This document shows, in pieces, positions 34,035 through 42,345 of a DNA stretch of 64,000 nucleotides (its first letter is position 1; each line of letters begins with the position of its first letter). A model generated the notes under the pieces. That model was not told where the DNA came from and made no database searches. It saw only the letters and a program-made list of their open reading frames with translations. Where the stretch lies: the NCBI GenBank assembly GCA_030628945.1, contig DAOVPY010000003.1:1297-65296 (forward strand). The letters are read 5' to 3'. A program made the translations under genes and the position numbers. Origin of the DNA: Candidatus Nealsonbacteria bacterium (GTDB taxonomy: Bacteria; Patescibacteriota; Minisyncoccia; Minisyncoccales; DAOVPY01).

Positions 34035-34988
34035 ATGGCTTTATCCATTTTTATTTTCATTGTTTCTTGCGCCCTGCTTTTCTATTCCGGCAATTTTTTG
34101 GTCGGCGCCATAATGAGAATGGCCCGATTTTTAGGTTGGAGAGAGTTTGTGGTCGCGTTTTTCGCTATGGCTTTCGCCGGTTCTATTCCTAATTTGTTTG
34201 TGGGAATAAACTCGGCTATTTATAAAATTCCTCAGCTTTCTTTCGGCGACGTTGTCGGCGGCAATGTAATTGACCTCACCTTAGCCGTTGCTTTGGCTGT
34301 TTTAGTTGCCAAAGGACTGACGGCTGAAACCAAAATAATTCAAAGGTCCTCAATTTTTACTATTGCTGTCGCTATTTTGCCTTTGCTTCTTATCTTAGAC
34401 GGAAACTTGGGCAGGGGGGACGGGATTCTCTTAATTTCAATTTTCTTTTTCTATATTTTTTGGCTTTTTTCCAAAGAAGAAAGATTTAAAAAAGTTTATG
34501 GAGATAACGAGCAGGAAGCCGTTAAAGAATTCAGGGTTTTTATAAAAGATTTAGGCAAGACCATTTTATCTTTGATTTTACTTTTAGCGGCAGCTGTGGG
34601 AATAGTAGAAAGCGCTTCTTCTTTGGCTGTCTCCCTAAATTTATCTTTGCCATTGATAGGAATTCTGATTGTGGGGTTTGGAAACGCTTTGCCGGAAATC
34701 TATTTTGCCGTTGCTTCGGCGCGGAAAGGTCAGCTCCAGATGATTTTAGGGAATTTGATGGGAGCGGTTATTGTTTCGGCTACTCTGGTTTTAGGAATTG
34801 TCGCCTTAATTTGTCCCATTGAAATAACTAATTTTTCGCCTTTTGCCATTGCCAGGATTTTTTTAATAATTTCCGCTTTGTTTTTCTTATTTTTTGTCCG
34901 CACCGGCCGCAAAATCACTCGCAAAGAAGCTCTGTTTTTACTCGGAATTTACCTTGTTTTTGTCGCCTGCGAAATTTTAATCAGGTGA
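34035..34988 (+). CDS. Ca2+/cation antiporter (CaCA/YrbG family)
   Basis: Two alpha-repeats: GDVVGGNVIDLTL and GNALPEIYFAVASARKG. Confidence 0.85.
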   Translation: MALSIFIFIVSCALLFYSGNFLVGAIMRMARFLGWREFVVAFFAMAFAGSIPNLFVGINSAIYKIPQLSFGDVVGGNVIDLTLAVALAVLVAKGLTAETKIIQRSSIFTIAVAILPLLLILDGNLGRGDGILLISIFFFYIFWLFSKEERFKKVYGDNEQEAVKEFRVFIKDLGKTILSLILLLAAAVGIVESASSLAVSLNLSLPLIGILIVGFGNALPEIYFAVASARKGQLQMILGNLMGAVIVSATLVLGIVALICPIEITNFSPFAIARIFLIISALFFLFFVRTGRKITRKEALFLLGIYLVFVACEILIR

Positions 34989-35008
34989 TTGTTTTTTAGC
35001 TTAAATTG

Positions 35009-35017
35009 TGGTATAAT
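35009..35017 (+). promoter_or_regulatory. Extended -10 promoter (TGgTATAAT), 9 nt upstream of the first gene of the Glu/Lys-rich operon
   Basis: ttgTGgTATAATaaaaaaattATG. Confidence 0.55.
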
Positions 35018-35026
35018 AAAAAAATT

Positions 35027-35608
35027 ATGGCAGAGAGATACGAGTTTAAAACAAAATTTGAAAGGGAACGCGAGAATCAGGGAAAAGAAGCGGAAAATAA
35101 ACAAGAAAAAGAAAGCCAGTTTTCTCTTTGGGAAGAGCCGCTCAGCGAAGAGGAAATAAGCGAATTTTTTCATAAAATAAAAATTATTCGGGAGGAGGAA
35201 AATCCGGAAGGAAAAACACAAGAAATTAAAAAATTGCTTCCTCATCTTTTGGGCAAAAGAATAGAGGAACAATTAAAAAAAGAAGGAAAAAAAATAATAA
35301 AAATTGAAGACGAAGAAGGCGAAGAAATACTTAAGTCAGGGGGATATGAATGGTTTACAGAGGAGAACGAGGAAAAGCAGGGCTTAGAAATTCGGCGGGC
35401 AGTTGTTGAGAAAGAAGAGGGAAAGATGAAAAAAATGAGAACTAATACTATGATTTTTTCAGGAAAGGATATTGAAGCAATGACTGATAAATTTTTGACA
35501 GAAATAAAAGAGCTAAAAAAAGAAGATTTATGGAGAATAGAGGAGGATAAAAGAAAAAGCAGGGAACAAGCCAGAAAACCAAAGATTTTCCGCCGTCCCG
35601 AGAATTGA
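35027..35608 (+). CDS. Glu/Lys-rich hypothetical protein P1
   Basis: 193 aa, highly charged, no TM or signal peptide. The purine-rich coding strand gives an antisense shadow ORF. Confidence 0.55.
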   Translation: MAERYEFKTKFERERENQGKEAENKQEKESQFSLWEEPLSEEEISEFFHKIKIIREEENPEGKTQEIKKLLPHLLGKRIEEQLKKEGKKIIKIEDEEGEEILKSGGYEWFTEENEEKQGLEIRRAVVEKEEGKMKKMRTNTMIFSGKDIEAMTDKFLTEIKELKKEDLWRIEEDKRKSREQARKPKIFRRPEN

Positions 35609-35637
35609 ATCACAATTTATTAACAAACAAAAAAGTT

Positions 35638-36039
35638 ATGGAAGAAATTAATAAAAAAATTGAAAAAGAGACAAGAGAGGAATATAAAGAAAAACCTTCT
35701 TCCGCTGAAGCCCCGCTTTCAGCGGGGGAAGAGAAAGAGGGGATTTTAGAAAAAAGAGAATTTGCAGAAGAAGAAATAAAGAAACGGGAAGAATTGGAAA
35801 AAGAGATTGAAAAAATTAAATTATCTCCGCAAATAAAAGCGCAAGCGCAGAAGCAGGCAGACGAAATAAAGAAGCAGTCAGCCAAAGGAAAAATTCAGCA
35901 TCTCTTGGATTTGGCCCAGGCGCAGGGAATTTCTTATGCAGTGGAAGTGGCGCGAAAAATAGATGACCCGTATCTGCTGGATTTATTCCACGACACTCTG
36001 GCTAAAGAGGGCTTGTTCAAAAAATTTATGGAGAAGTAA
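35638..36039 (+). CDS. Glu/Lys-rich hypothetical protein P2 with a small globular C-terminal region
   Basis: The ATG at 35638 is preferred over the TTG at 35605. C-terminal sequence KIQHLLDLAQAQGISYAVEVARKIDDPYLLDLFHDTLAKEGLF. Confidence 0.55.
   Translation: MEEINKKIEKETREEYKEKPSSAEAPLSAGEEKEGILEKREFAEEEIKKREELEKEIEKIKLSPQIKAQAQKQADEIKKQSAKGKIQHLLDLAQAQGISYAVEVARKIDDPYLLDLFHDTLAKEGLFKKFMEK
35711..35727. repeat. Hairpin ccccgctttcagcgggg inside P2, the exact reverse complement of the tRNA-spacer hairpin at 29015-29031
   Basis: 17-nt identity in inverted orientation; a half-copy tccgctgaag lies just upstream. Confidence 0.8.
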
Positions 36040-36080
36040 AGATTGGTTTGTAAATAAATTTAAAATTAAAAATTAAAATT

Positions 36081-36689
36081 ATGTCAAAATCAATGGAAAA
36101 AATAAAGATTACAACAAAAGAAATAGAAGAAAAAAAAATAGAGAAAGGGGCATTAAAACAAGAGGTAGGGGAAGAAATAATCTCAGAAGAAGATATTGAG
36201 AAGCGAGAGGCTGGAATAAAAGCGCAAGACGAAGAGGAACTCGTGAAACAAAGAGAAAAAGTTAAAGAAATAACAGGGGAGAGAGAAAAAGTTAAACCCG
36301 AGGAGTTAATGCCGGAATTAGGTAAAACAATAATAGAAACAGCAGAGAAAGAAAGAAAGGAGGTAGAAAAGCTTAAAGAAAAAGTAGAGAAAATTAAAGA
36401 AGTTTTAGAAAAAGCAAAATGGGTAAGTACTATTGAGGAATTAGATCAGTTAGAAAAAGAAGCAGGAGAAGTAACTAAAGAAGGGGAGAGATTAATCAGT
36501 GGTATCGGCATCTTACATGCATTTCGAGAGAGATTAATGAGAATTTTGGGAGGTGGAGAAATAGAGAAAGAAAAAATAATAGGAGAAGAATCAGAAAGAT
36601 TAAAAAAAGAAGCAGAAGTATCAATGAAATCTCGAGGAGAATTAAAAGAATTTTTCGAAAAACAAAGAAGAAGAATCGAAAAAGAATAA
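36081..36689 (+). CDS. Glu/Lys-rich coiled-coil hypothetical protein P3
   Basis: 202 aa and extremely charged. Same strand, closely spaced with its neighbours. Confidence 0.55.
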   Translation: MSKSMEKIKITTKEIEEKKIEKGALKQEVGEEIISEEDIEKREAGIKAQDEEELVKQREKVKEITGEREKVKPEELMPELGKTIIETAEKERKEVEKLKEKVEKIKEVLEKAKWVSTIEELDQLEKEAGEVTKEGERLISGIGILHAFRERLMRILGGGEIEKEKIIGEESERLKKEAEVSMKSRGELKEFFEKQRRRIEKE

Positions 36690-36704
36690 TTAAGATTATC
36701 AATT

Positions 36705-37166
36705 ATGGCTTTGTTTAAAAAAATTGAAAAAGGAATAAAACCAAAAAGTAAAATAGAAAAAATAAGAGAACAGGTTTTTGATTTGAGAAAGGAAAGAATA
36801 AAACTGGAAGATAGATTAGATAAGGCGAAAGACAGAAAGAAGAAAGAGCGGCTAATTTTAGAAATTGCTGGTTTAATGGAACGAGGAGAAAAATTAGAGA
36901 AAGATTATTCTGAAGAAATAGGGAGGGCGAAACAATTAGAAGAAGAAGCAGAAGCAGACAAAATTATAAAAAAGACAGACGATTTTGAGACAGAAATAAA
37001 AAAAATCGAAAAAACAGAAGAGGGAGGACGGGTCCCGGAGAAAGCAGGACCTGAAGTAGACGAAGACCTTGAAAAATTGGAAGAGGAAATCAGAATAGAG
37101 GATGAAGCAGAAAGAAAGAAGGCAGAAGCAGAGCTCGGGAAAGCATATAAAGAAGGCGGGCTGTAA
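36705..37166 (+). CDS. Glu/Lys-rich coiled-coil hypothetical protein P4
   Basis: 153 aa and extremely charged. Confidence 0.55.
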   Translation: MALFKKIEKGIKPKSKIEKIREQVFDLRKERIKLEDRLDKAKDRKKKERLILEIAGLMERGEKLEKDYSEEIGRAKQLEEEAEADKIIKKTDDFETEIKKIEKTEEGGRVPEKAGPEVDEDLEKLEEEIRIEDEAERKKAEAELGKAYKEGGL

Positions 37167-37192
37167 TCTGACGAAAAATAAAAAATAAGATT

Positions 37193-39619
37193 ATGTTTTT
37201 ATTGATAGTTTTAGCAATAATTATTTTGGCCCTTGCGGGAATTACCGGGTTTTTGGTTGCCAAAAAAAGGAAAATTAATAGCCTGACAAAATCATTGGAT
37301 ATGGTTTTGTTTTTGGTGAAAATGCCGAAATACGAGAAGAAAGAGGAAAAAGAAAAACAGGATATAAAATCCCTAATTGGAATGATGGAGCAGATTTATT
37401 CTAATTTTCTTTATCTTGAAAAACCGAATATTGTCAAAAGATTTTTTCAAGGCCAGCCAAGAATTGCTCTGGAAATCGCTTCCGAAATCGGCGGCTCGGA
37501 TATTTCTTTTTATGTTGCGGTGCCAACTGAATTAGAGACATCTTTGGAAAAATATATCCAGGGCGTTTATCCGGGCGCTGTTCTGGAAAAAATTCCTCAG
37601 GACTACACCGTGTTTGAGCCCAAAAGTAAAACAGCCGGCTCTTATTTGAAGTTAAAAAAGCCGATTTATTTCCCCATCAATACTTATAGGAATCTGGAGA
37701 GCGACCCTTTGTCTTCCATCACTAATTCCTTAAGCAAAATTTATCCTGAAGAAGGAGCGGCTATTCAAATAATTTTGAGACCAACTTCTCTGGATTTAAC
37801 AAAAAAGGGGGATGAAGTTCTTTCCCAGGTGATGGAAGGGAAAGACATAAAAACAGCCGTGGCCAAAGTTCAGGAAAGCATGATGATGAAATTTTTCAAC
37901 GCTCTGTTTGATATAATTACTTCTCCCAAGAGCGCGCAATCAGAAATTCCGGAAAAACCAAAAGAAAAGATTGTTGATGACACAACAATAGAAGCAATTC
38001 AATCAAAAATCAAACACCCGGTGTTTGAAACAAATATCCGATTAGTGGGAGTGGGTAAAGACCAATGGCGCGCGGACGAAATCCTGCATATTTTACAATC
38101 CGGTTTCTCTCAATTTTTCTCTAATTTTAACGGATTTGAACCGATAAAAATAAAACCGCGTAAATTGAAACGGTTTATTTACGAATTCAGTTTCCGCAAT
38201 TTTAATAAAACCCAAAAAAATATATTAAATTTAGAAGAATTAACCTCTCTGTATCATTTTCCTTTGTCGCATATTGAAAGCCCTCATCTAAAATGGGTAA
38301 AAACAAAGGAGACAGAGCCGCCGACCGAATTGCCGATTACGGGCATGAATTTAATCGGCAAAGCAATTTTCCGGGGCGAAGAAAAACAGGTTTATTTCGC
38401 CTCTGAAAATGACAGGCGCAGGCATTTCTATATTGTGGGGCAGACAGGAACAGGGAAGTCCGCTTTATTAAGCGAGATGATTCGCCAGGATATTGTTCGG
38501 GGCAGGGGCGTTGGCGTAATTGACCCGCACGGCGATTTAATTGAGCAAATTTTAGCCAATATACCCAAGGAAAGAACAGAAGATGTGGTTTTATTCGAGC
38601 CATTTGACATGGAACGTCCCTGCGGATTAAATATGTTGGAATGGGATTTGCCCGAGCAAAAGGATTTTGCCGTTTCTGAGATGATTGCTATTTTTTCCAA
38701 ATTATTTCCGCCGGAAATTATTGGACCGATGTTTGAGCATTATATGAGAAACGCGATGCTTGCCTTAATGGCAGACAAAGAAAATCCCGGAACCCTGGTG
38801 GAAATTCCCAGAATGTTCACCGATAAAGAGTTTATGGACGAGCGTATGCGAAAAGTGAAAGATCCCTTGGTGAGGCAGTTCTGGATTAAAGAATGGTCTC
38901 AGGCAACCGGCGATACCCGTTCCGATATGCTGGGCTATGTGGTTTCAAAGGTTGGAAGATTTGTGGAAAACGAGATGATGCGGAATATTATTGGCCAGCC
39001 GCGCTCCGGATTTGATTTGGATAAAATTATGAATCAAGGCAAAATATTTTTGGCGAATTTATCAAAGGGACAAACCGGCGAAACCAACAGCAGTTTATTG
39101 GGTTTAATCTTGGTTTCAAAAATGCAGATTGCCGCGATGAGAAGGGGAACAATGCCGGAAGAACAAAGAAAAGATTTTTATCTATACATTGACGAATTCC
39201 AAAATTTCACTACCGACACCATCGCGACAATTTTGTCAGAGGCAAGAAAATATCGTCTCAATCTGATTTTAGCGCACCAGTTTATTCCCCAGCTAACCGA
39301 GGAAATCAAAAACGCGGTTATTGGAAACGTGGGTACTATCGCTTCGTTCAGAATCGGAGCCACTGACGCTGAATTTTTGGAAAAGCAATTTGAACCGGAA
39401 TTTTCTCATTATGACCTTGTTAATCTTGATAATTTCCAGTTTATTGTTAAGATGATGATAGAAAACAAAATTTCATCTCCGTTTAAAATAAAAACTATCA
39501 AACCGTCAGAAGGCAATTCAAAAATTGTAGAGCCAATCAAAAAAATCTCTAAACTAAAATACGGCCGTTTGCGAACAATCGTGGAAAAAGAGATAATGGA
39601 ACGTTCAAAATTAGGATAA
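37193..39619 (+). CDS. Membrane-anchored TraD/TraG/VirD4-like (type IV coupling protein-like, FtsK-HerA superfamily) ATPase
   Basis: N-terminal TM MFLLIVLAIIILALAGITGFLVA, then about 400 aa of unknown function. Walker A VGQTGTGKS, Walker B FYLYIDEFQNF, and ARKYRLNLILAHQF as in T4CP C-terminal domains. Confidence 0.75.
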   Translation: MFLLIVLAIIILALAGITGFLVAKKRKINSLTKSLDMVLFLVKMPKYEKKEEKEKQDIKSLIGMMEQIYSNFLYLEKPNIVKRFFQGQPRIALEIASEIGGSDISFYVAVPTELETSLEKYIQGVYPGAVLEKIPQDYTVFEPKSKTAGSYLKLKKPIYFPINTYRNLESDPLSSITNSLSKIYPEEGAAIQIILRPTSLDLTKKGDEVLSQVMEGKDIKTAVAKVQESMMMKFFNALFDIITSPKSAQSEIPEKPKEKIVDDTTIEAIQSKIKHPVFETNIRLVGVGKDQWRADEILHILQSGFSQFFSNFNGFEPIKIKPRKLKRFIYEFSFRNFNKTQKNILNLEELTSLYHFPLSHIESPHLKWVKTKETEPPTELPITGMNLIGKAIFRGEEKQVYFASENDRRRHFYIVGQTGTGKSALLSEMIRQDIVRGRGVGVIDPHGDLIEQILANIPKERTEDVVLFEPFDMERPCGLNMLEWDLPEQKDFAVSEMIAIFSKLFPPEIIGPMFEHYMRNAMLALMADKENPGTLVEIPRMFTDKEFMDERMRKVKDPLVRQFWIKEWSQATGDTRSDMLGYVVSKVGRFVENEMMRNIIGQPRSGFDLDKIMNQGKIFLANLSKGQTGETNSSLLGLILVSKMQIAAMRRGTMPEEQRKDFYLYIDEFQNFTTDTIATILSEARKYRLNLILAHQFIPQLTEEIKNAVIGNVGTIASFRIGATDAEFLEKQFEPEFSHYDLVNLDNFQFIVKMMIENKISSPFKIKTIKPSEGNSKIVEPIKKISKLKYGRLRTIVEKEIMERSKLG

Positions 39620-39657
39620 AAAGGTCGAAAATAAATAATTTTTAATTTAGAAAAATT

Positions 39658-40830
39658 ATGATAAAAAAAGCAGAAAAAGTGAAAATTGAAAGAGAAAAAG
39701 AAGGAGCAAAAGAAACCGAAGAATTAAGAGAGAGATATGGAGGAGAAGATTATGTGGAAACGGTTTTAGATAAAGAGAAAGAAGTCATGAAAGAAAAAGA
39801 GGGCGAGGAAGAAAAAACCGCGTTCGGAGAGACCCTTGCGGAAGAAAAAGAGAGAATGGACCGCGCGAAAGAAGTTGAGGATGAATTAGCAAGGCAGGCA
39901 GACGCGGAAAAACAAGAAGCTGAAACAAAAGAAATAGAAGAAAAAAAGTCGGAAAAAAAGCCGGATGAGATGGGCGAGCTTATTGGGCGGATACAAAAAG
40001 CAGAAACAAAGCAAGAATATAATAAATTGAGGGGAGAGTTAGAAATATTGGACCGAAGAACAAGAGAAGGAGAAAGAGAAGAAAAAAAACAAGCCGAGAA
40101 AGAGCTCGGGGAAGCGGGAAGGGAAAAGTTGGAAAAGGATTTACTTGCGGCGCTTGAAGAGCCAATAGAAAATTTAGTAAAAAGCGGGTCTAATGTGGAA
40201 AAATGCGACGAGAAGCTTGAAGAATTAAAAGGAAAATGGTTCAAAGGGAAAAAAATAAGGGCGATAGAAGCTGTGAAGCGGCTGGCTAACAACGAGAAAA
40301 GAGAATCCCAGGGGATTATAAGCGATATTGAAGATGAGTATATTCAAAAAGGATTTTCAGGCAGCGAGGTTAGAAAAATAATTCAGGAAAAAATTAGAGA
40401 GAAAAAAAGCGAGGGACGAGAGGAGTTAGTCGGAGAAGCCGAGCTTAATCCGGAAGGTAAAAAAAAAGAGCAAATAAAGGAATTTTTAGAGGGAGTAGAA
40501 ACAGAAGAGGAATTAGAGAAAAAACTTGAGGATTACACAAAAGAAATTATAAAAGACAAGGATTTGACCGGGAACTGGGAAGAGGATATAAAAAGAATTA
40601 AGAAATTATCATTTGAGGGAAAGGTTAAAATAGAATTTGAAGGTTTGGGAAAAGAAGTGAAAAAGTTTGAAAAAGAAAAAGGAATTTCTTATAAAGAAAT
40701 ACTTAAGAAAGGCCTTGCCGGAGCCGGTGTGTTATCCTTATTTTTATTTGCCTTTGTTTTTTGGTACTTGGGAAATACCATTGAAAAAGCCGAAAAATCG
40801 GCTCCAAAAGTTCCAAAAGCAAAAAAATAA
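39658..40830 (+). CDS. Glu/Lys-rich coiled-coil protein P5 with a C-terminal tail-anchor helix
   Basis: 390 aa. The only hydrophobic segment is GLAGAGVLSLFLFAFVFWYLGNTI, about 20 aa from the C-terminus. Confidence 0.6.
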   Translation: MIKKAEKVKIEREKEGAKETEELRERYGGEDYVETVLDKEKEVMKEKEGEEEKTAFGETLAEEKERMDRAKEVEDELARQADAEKQEAETKEIEEKKSEKKPDEMGELIGRIQKAETKQEYNKLRGELEILDRRTREGEREEKKQAEKELGEAGREKLEKDLLAALEEPIENLVKSGSNVEKCDEKLEELKGKWFKGKKIRAIEAVKRLANNEKRESQGIISDIEDEYIQKGFSGSEVRKIIQEKIREKKSEGREELVGEAELNPEGKKKEQIKEFLEGVETEEELEKKLEDYTKEIIKDKDLTGNWEEDIKRIKKLSFEGKVKIEFEGLGKEVKKFEKEKGISYKEILKKGLAGAGVLSLFLFAFVFWYLGNTIEKAEKSAPKVPKAKK

Positions 40831-40885
40831 AAAAATATAGTTCTGTCAAAAAGAGTAAAACCTGCTAAAGGGTAAGGGTCTTTTT

Positions 40886-41935
40886 ATGTTAGATTTTATT
40901 TTTACTTTGATAATCTTTTTAATTGTCGGCGGGGGAGTAATACTCTCGATTTTTTTAGTTAGAAAAGAACTCGGGTCATTGAAAGAAAAAAAGGGAGACG
41001 AACCGATTTTTAATTTATTTCAGCAGGAATTAAAAGAAATTCGGGAAGAAATCAAACAATCAAGAGAAAAAAATATAGAATTTTTACAAAATCAATCAGA
41101 AGCAAGCGGTAAGATTCTAAAAGATGTGGGGTTGCAATTGGGAAAAATTGACAGCGACCTCCAACATGTTTCAGACGTTAAAACTCAGTTGGGAAAACTC
41201 ACCGATGTTCTGGCAAATCCCAAACAGCGGGGAATCTTGGGCGAATATTTTTTAGAGACCTTATTAAAAAATGTTTTTCAGCCCAATCAATATAAACTTC
41301 AATATCAATTTAAGGATGGCGAAACAGTTGACGCGGCAATTTTTATAAAAGATAAAATTATTCCAATTGACTCTAAGTTTTCTCTGGAAAACTATAATAA
41401 AATTTTGGAAGCAAAAGAACCAACAGAAAAAGCAAAATTGGAAAAGATATTTAAGCAGGATTTAAAGACCAGAATTGAGGAAACCGCAAAATACATCAGG
41501 CCGAGCGAGGGCACAATGGATTTTGCCTTTATGTTTATTCCTTCGGAGGGAATATATTATGATTTGCTTATTAATCAGATTGGCGCTATAAAGATAAGCA
41601 CATACGACTTAATTGAATACGCTTTCAAGGAAAAGCATGTGATAATTGTTTCTCCGACCTCATTTTACGCTTATTTGCAAACAGTGCTTCAGGGATTAAG
41701 AGCTCTCCGAATAGAGGAGTCAGCAAAACAAATCAGAAAACAAGTTGAAAATCTGCAAAAACATCTCTTAAATTATAATTCTTTTTTAGAGCGGCTTGGG
41801 AACAATCTTAGCGCGACTGTAAATACTTATAATCAGAGCTATAAAGAATTCGGAAAGATAGACAAGGATGTCGCTAAGATTATCGAAGGAAAGAGGGTAA
41901 TTGAGCCGCGGCAATTAGAAAAACCCGAACAATAA
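40886..41935 (+). CDS. rmuC: DNA recombination protein RmuC
   Basis: N-terminal TM, coiled coil, then the RmuC nuclease-like core (LANPKQRGILGEYFLE...IPIDSKF...FMFIPSEG). Confidence 0.85.
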   Translation: MLDFIFTLIIFLIVGGGVILSIFLVRKELGSLKEKKGDEPIFNLFQQELKEIREEIKQSREKNIEFLQNQSEASGKILKDVGLQLGKIDSDLQHVSDVKTQLGKLTDVLANPKQRGILGEYFLETLLKNVFQPNQYKLQYQFKDGETVDAAIFIKDKIIPIDSKFSLENYNKILEAKEPTEKAKLEKIFKQDLKTRIEETAKYIRPSEGTMDFAFMFIPSEGIYYDLLINQIGAIKISTYDLIEYAFKEKHVIIVSPTSFYAYLQTVLQGLRALRIEESAKQIRKQVENLQKHLLNYNSFLERLGNNLSATVNTYNQSYKEFGKIDKDVAKIIEGKRVIEPRQLEKPEQ

Positions 41936-41955
41936 AAATTAAAAATTTTCGTACT

Positions 41956-42264
41956 ATGTTGGCTGTTATTAAAACCGGCGGGAAGCAGTATCTTGTTTCT
42001 CCCGGGGATAAAATTAAAGTGGAAAAATTAAGCGCAGATGAAGGCAAAGAAGTAATCTTTGACCGGATTTTACTATTAGAAAAAAACAAAAAAATAGAAA
42101 TCGGCGCGCCTTTTGTTAAAGGAGTGAAAGTTATTGGAAAGGTTTTAATGCAAGGCAAGAGTAAAAAAGTAATTGTTTTCAAATACAAGCCAAAAACCCG
42201 TTATAAAAAAAAGAAGGGGCACAGACAACCCTTCACCGAAGTAGAAATTATTTCAATTAAATAA
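41956..42264 (+). CDS. rplU: 50S ribosomal protein L21
   Basis: MLAVIKTGGKQYLVSPGDKIKVEKL...KGHRQPFTEVEI. Confidence 0.95.
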   Translation: MLAVIKTGGKQYLVSPGDKIKVEKLSADEGKEVIFDRILLLEKNKKIEIGAPFVKGVKVIGKVLMQGKSKKVIVFKYKPKTRYKKKKGHRQPFTEVEIISIK

Positions 42265-42290
42265 TCAGTCGCCGATTTTTAATGATAATT

Positions 42291-42325
42291 CGTTCCAACA
42301 TTTTTGAGAATGTTGGAACGTTTTT
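42291..42325 (+). terminator. Intrinsic terminator after rplU
   Basis: cgttccaacatt-tttgag-aatgttggaacg followed by ttttt. Confidence 0.85.
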
Positions 42326-42345
42326 GATTCTCTTTAACTCTTTTT

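Noticed and set aside
35242-35885. Antisense ORFs 35242..35613 and 35610..35885; likewise 39750..40292 and 39980..40165.
   Set aside because: These are Ser/Phe/Leu-rich shadows of the purine-rich Glu/Lys coding strand. They lack starts with plausible context and run against the operon direction.
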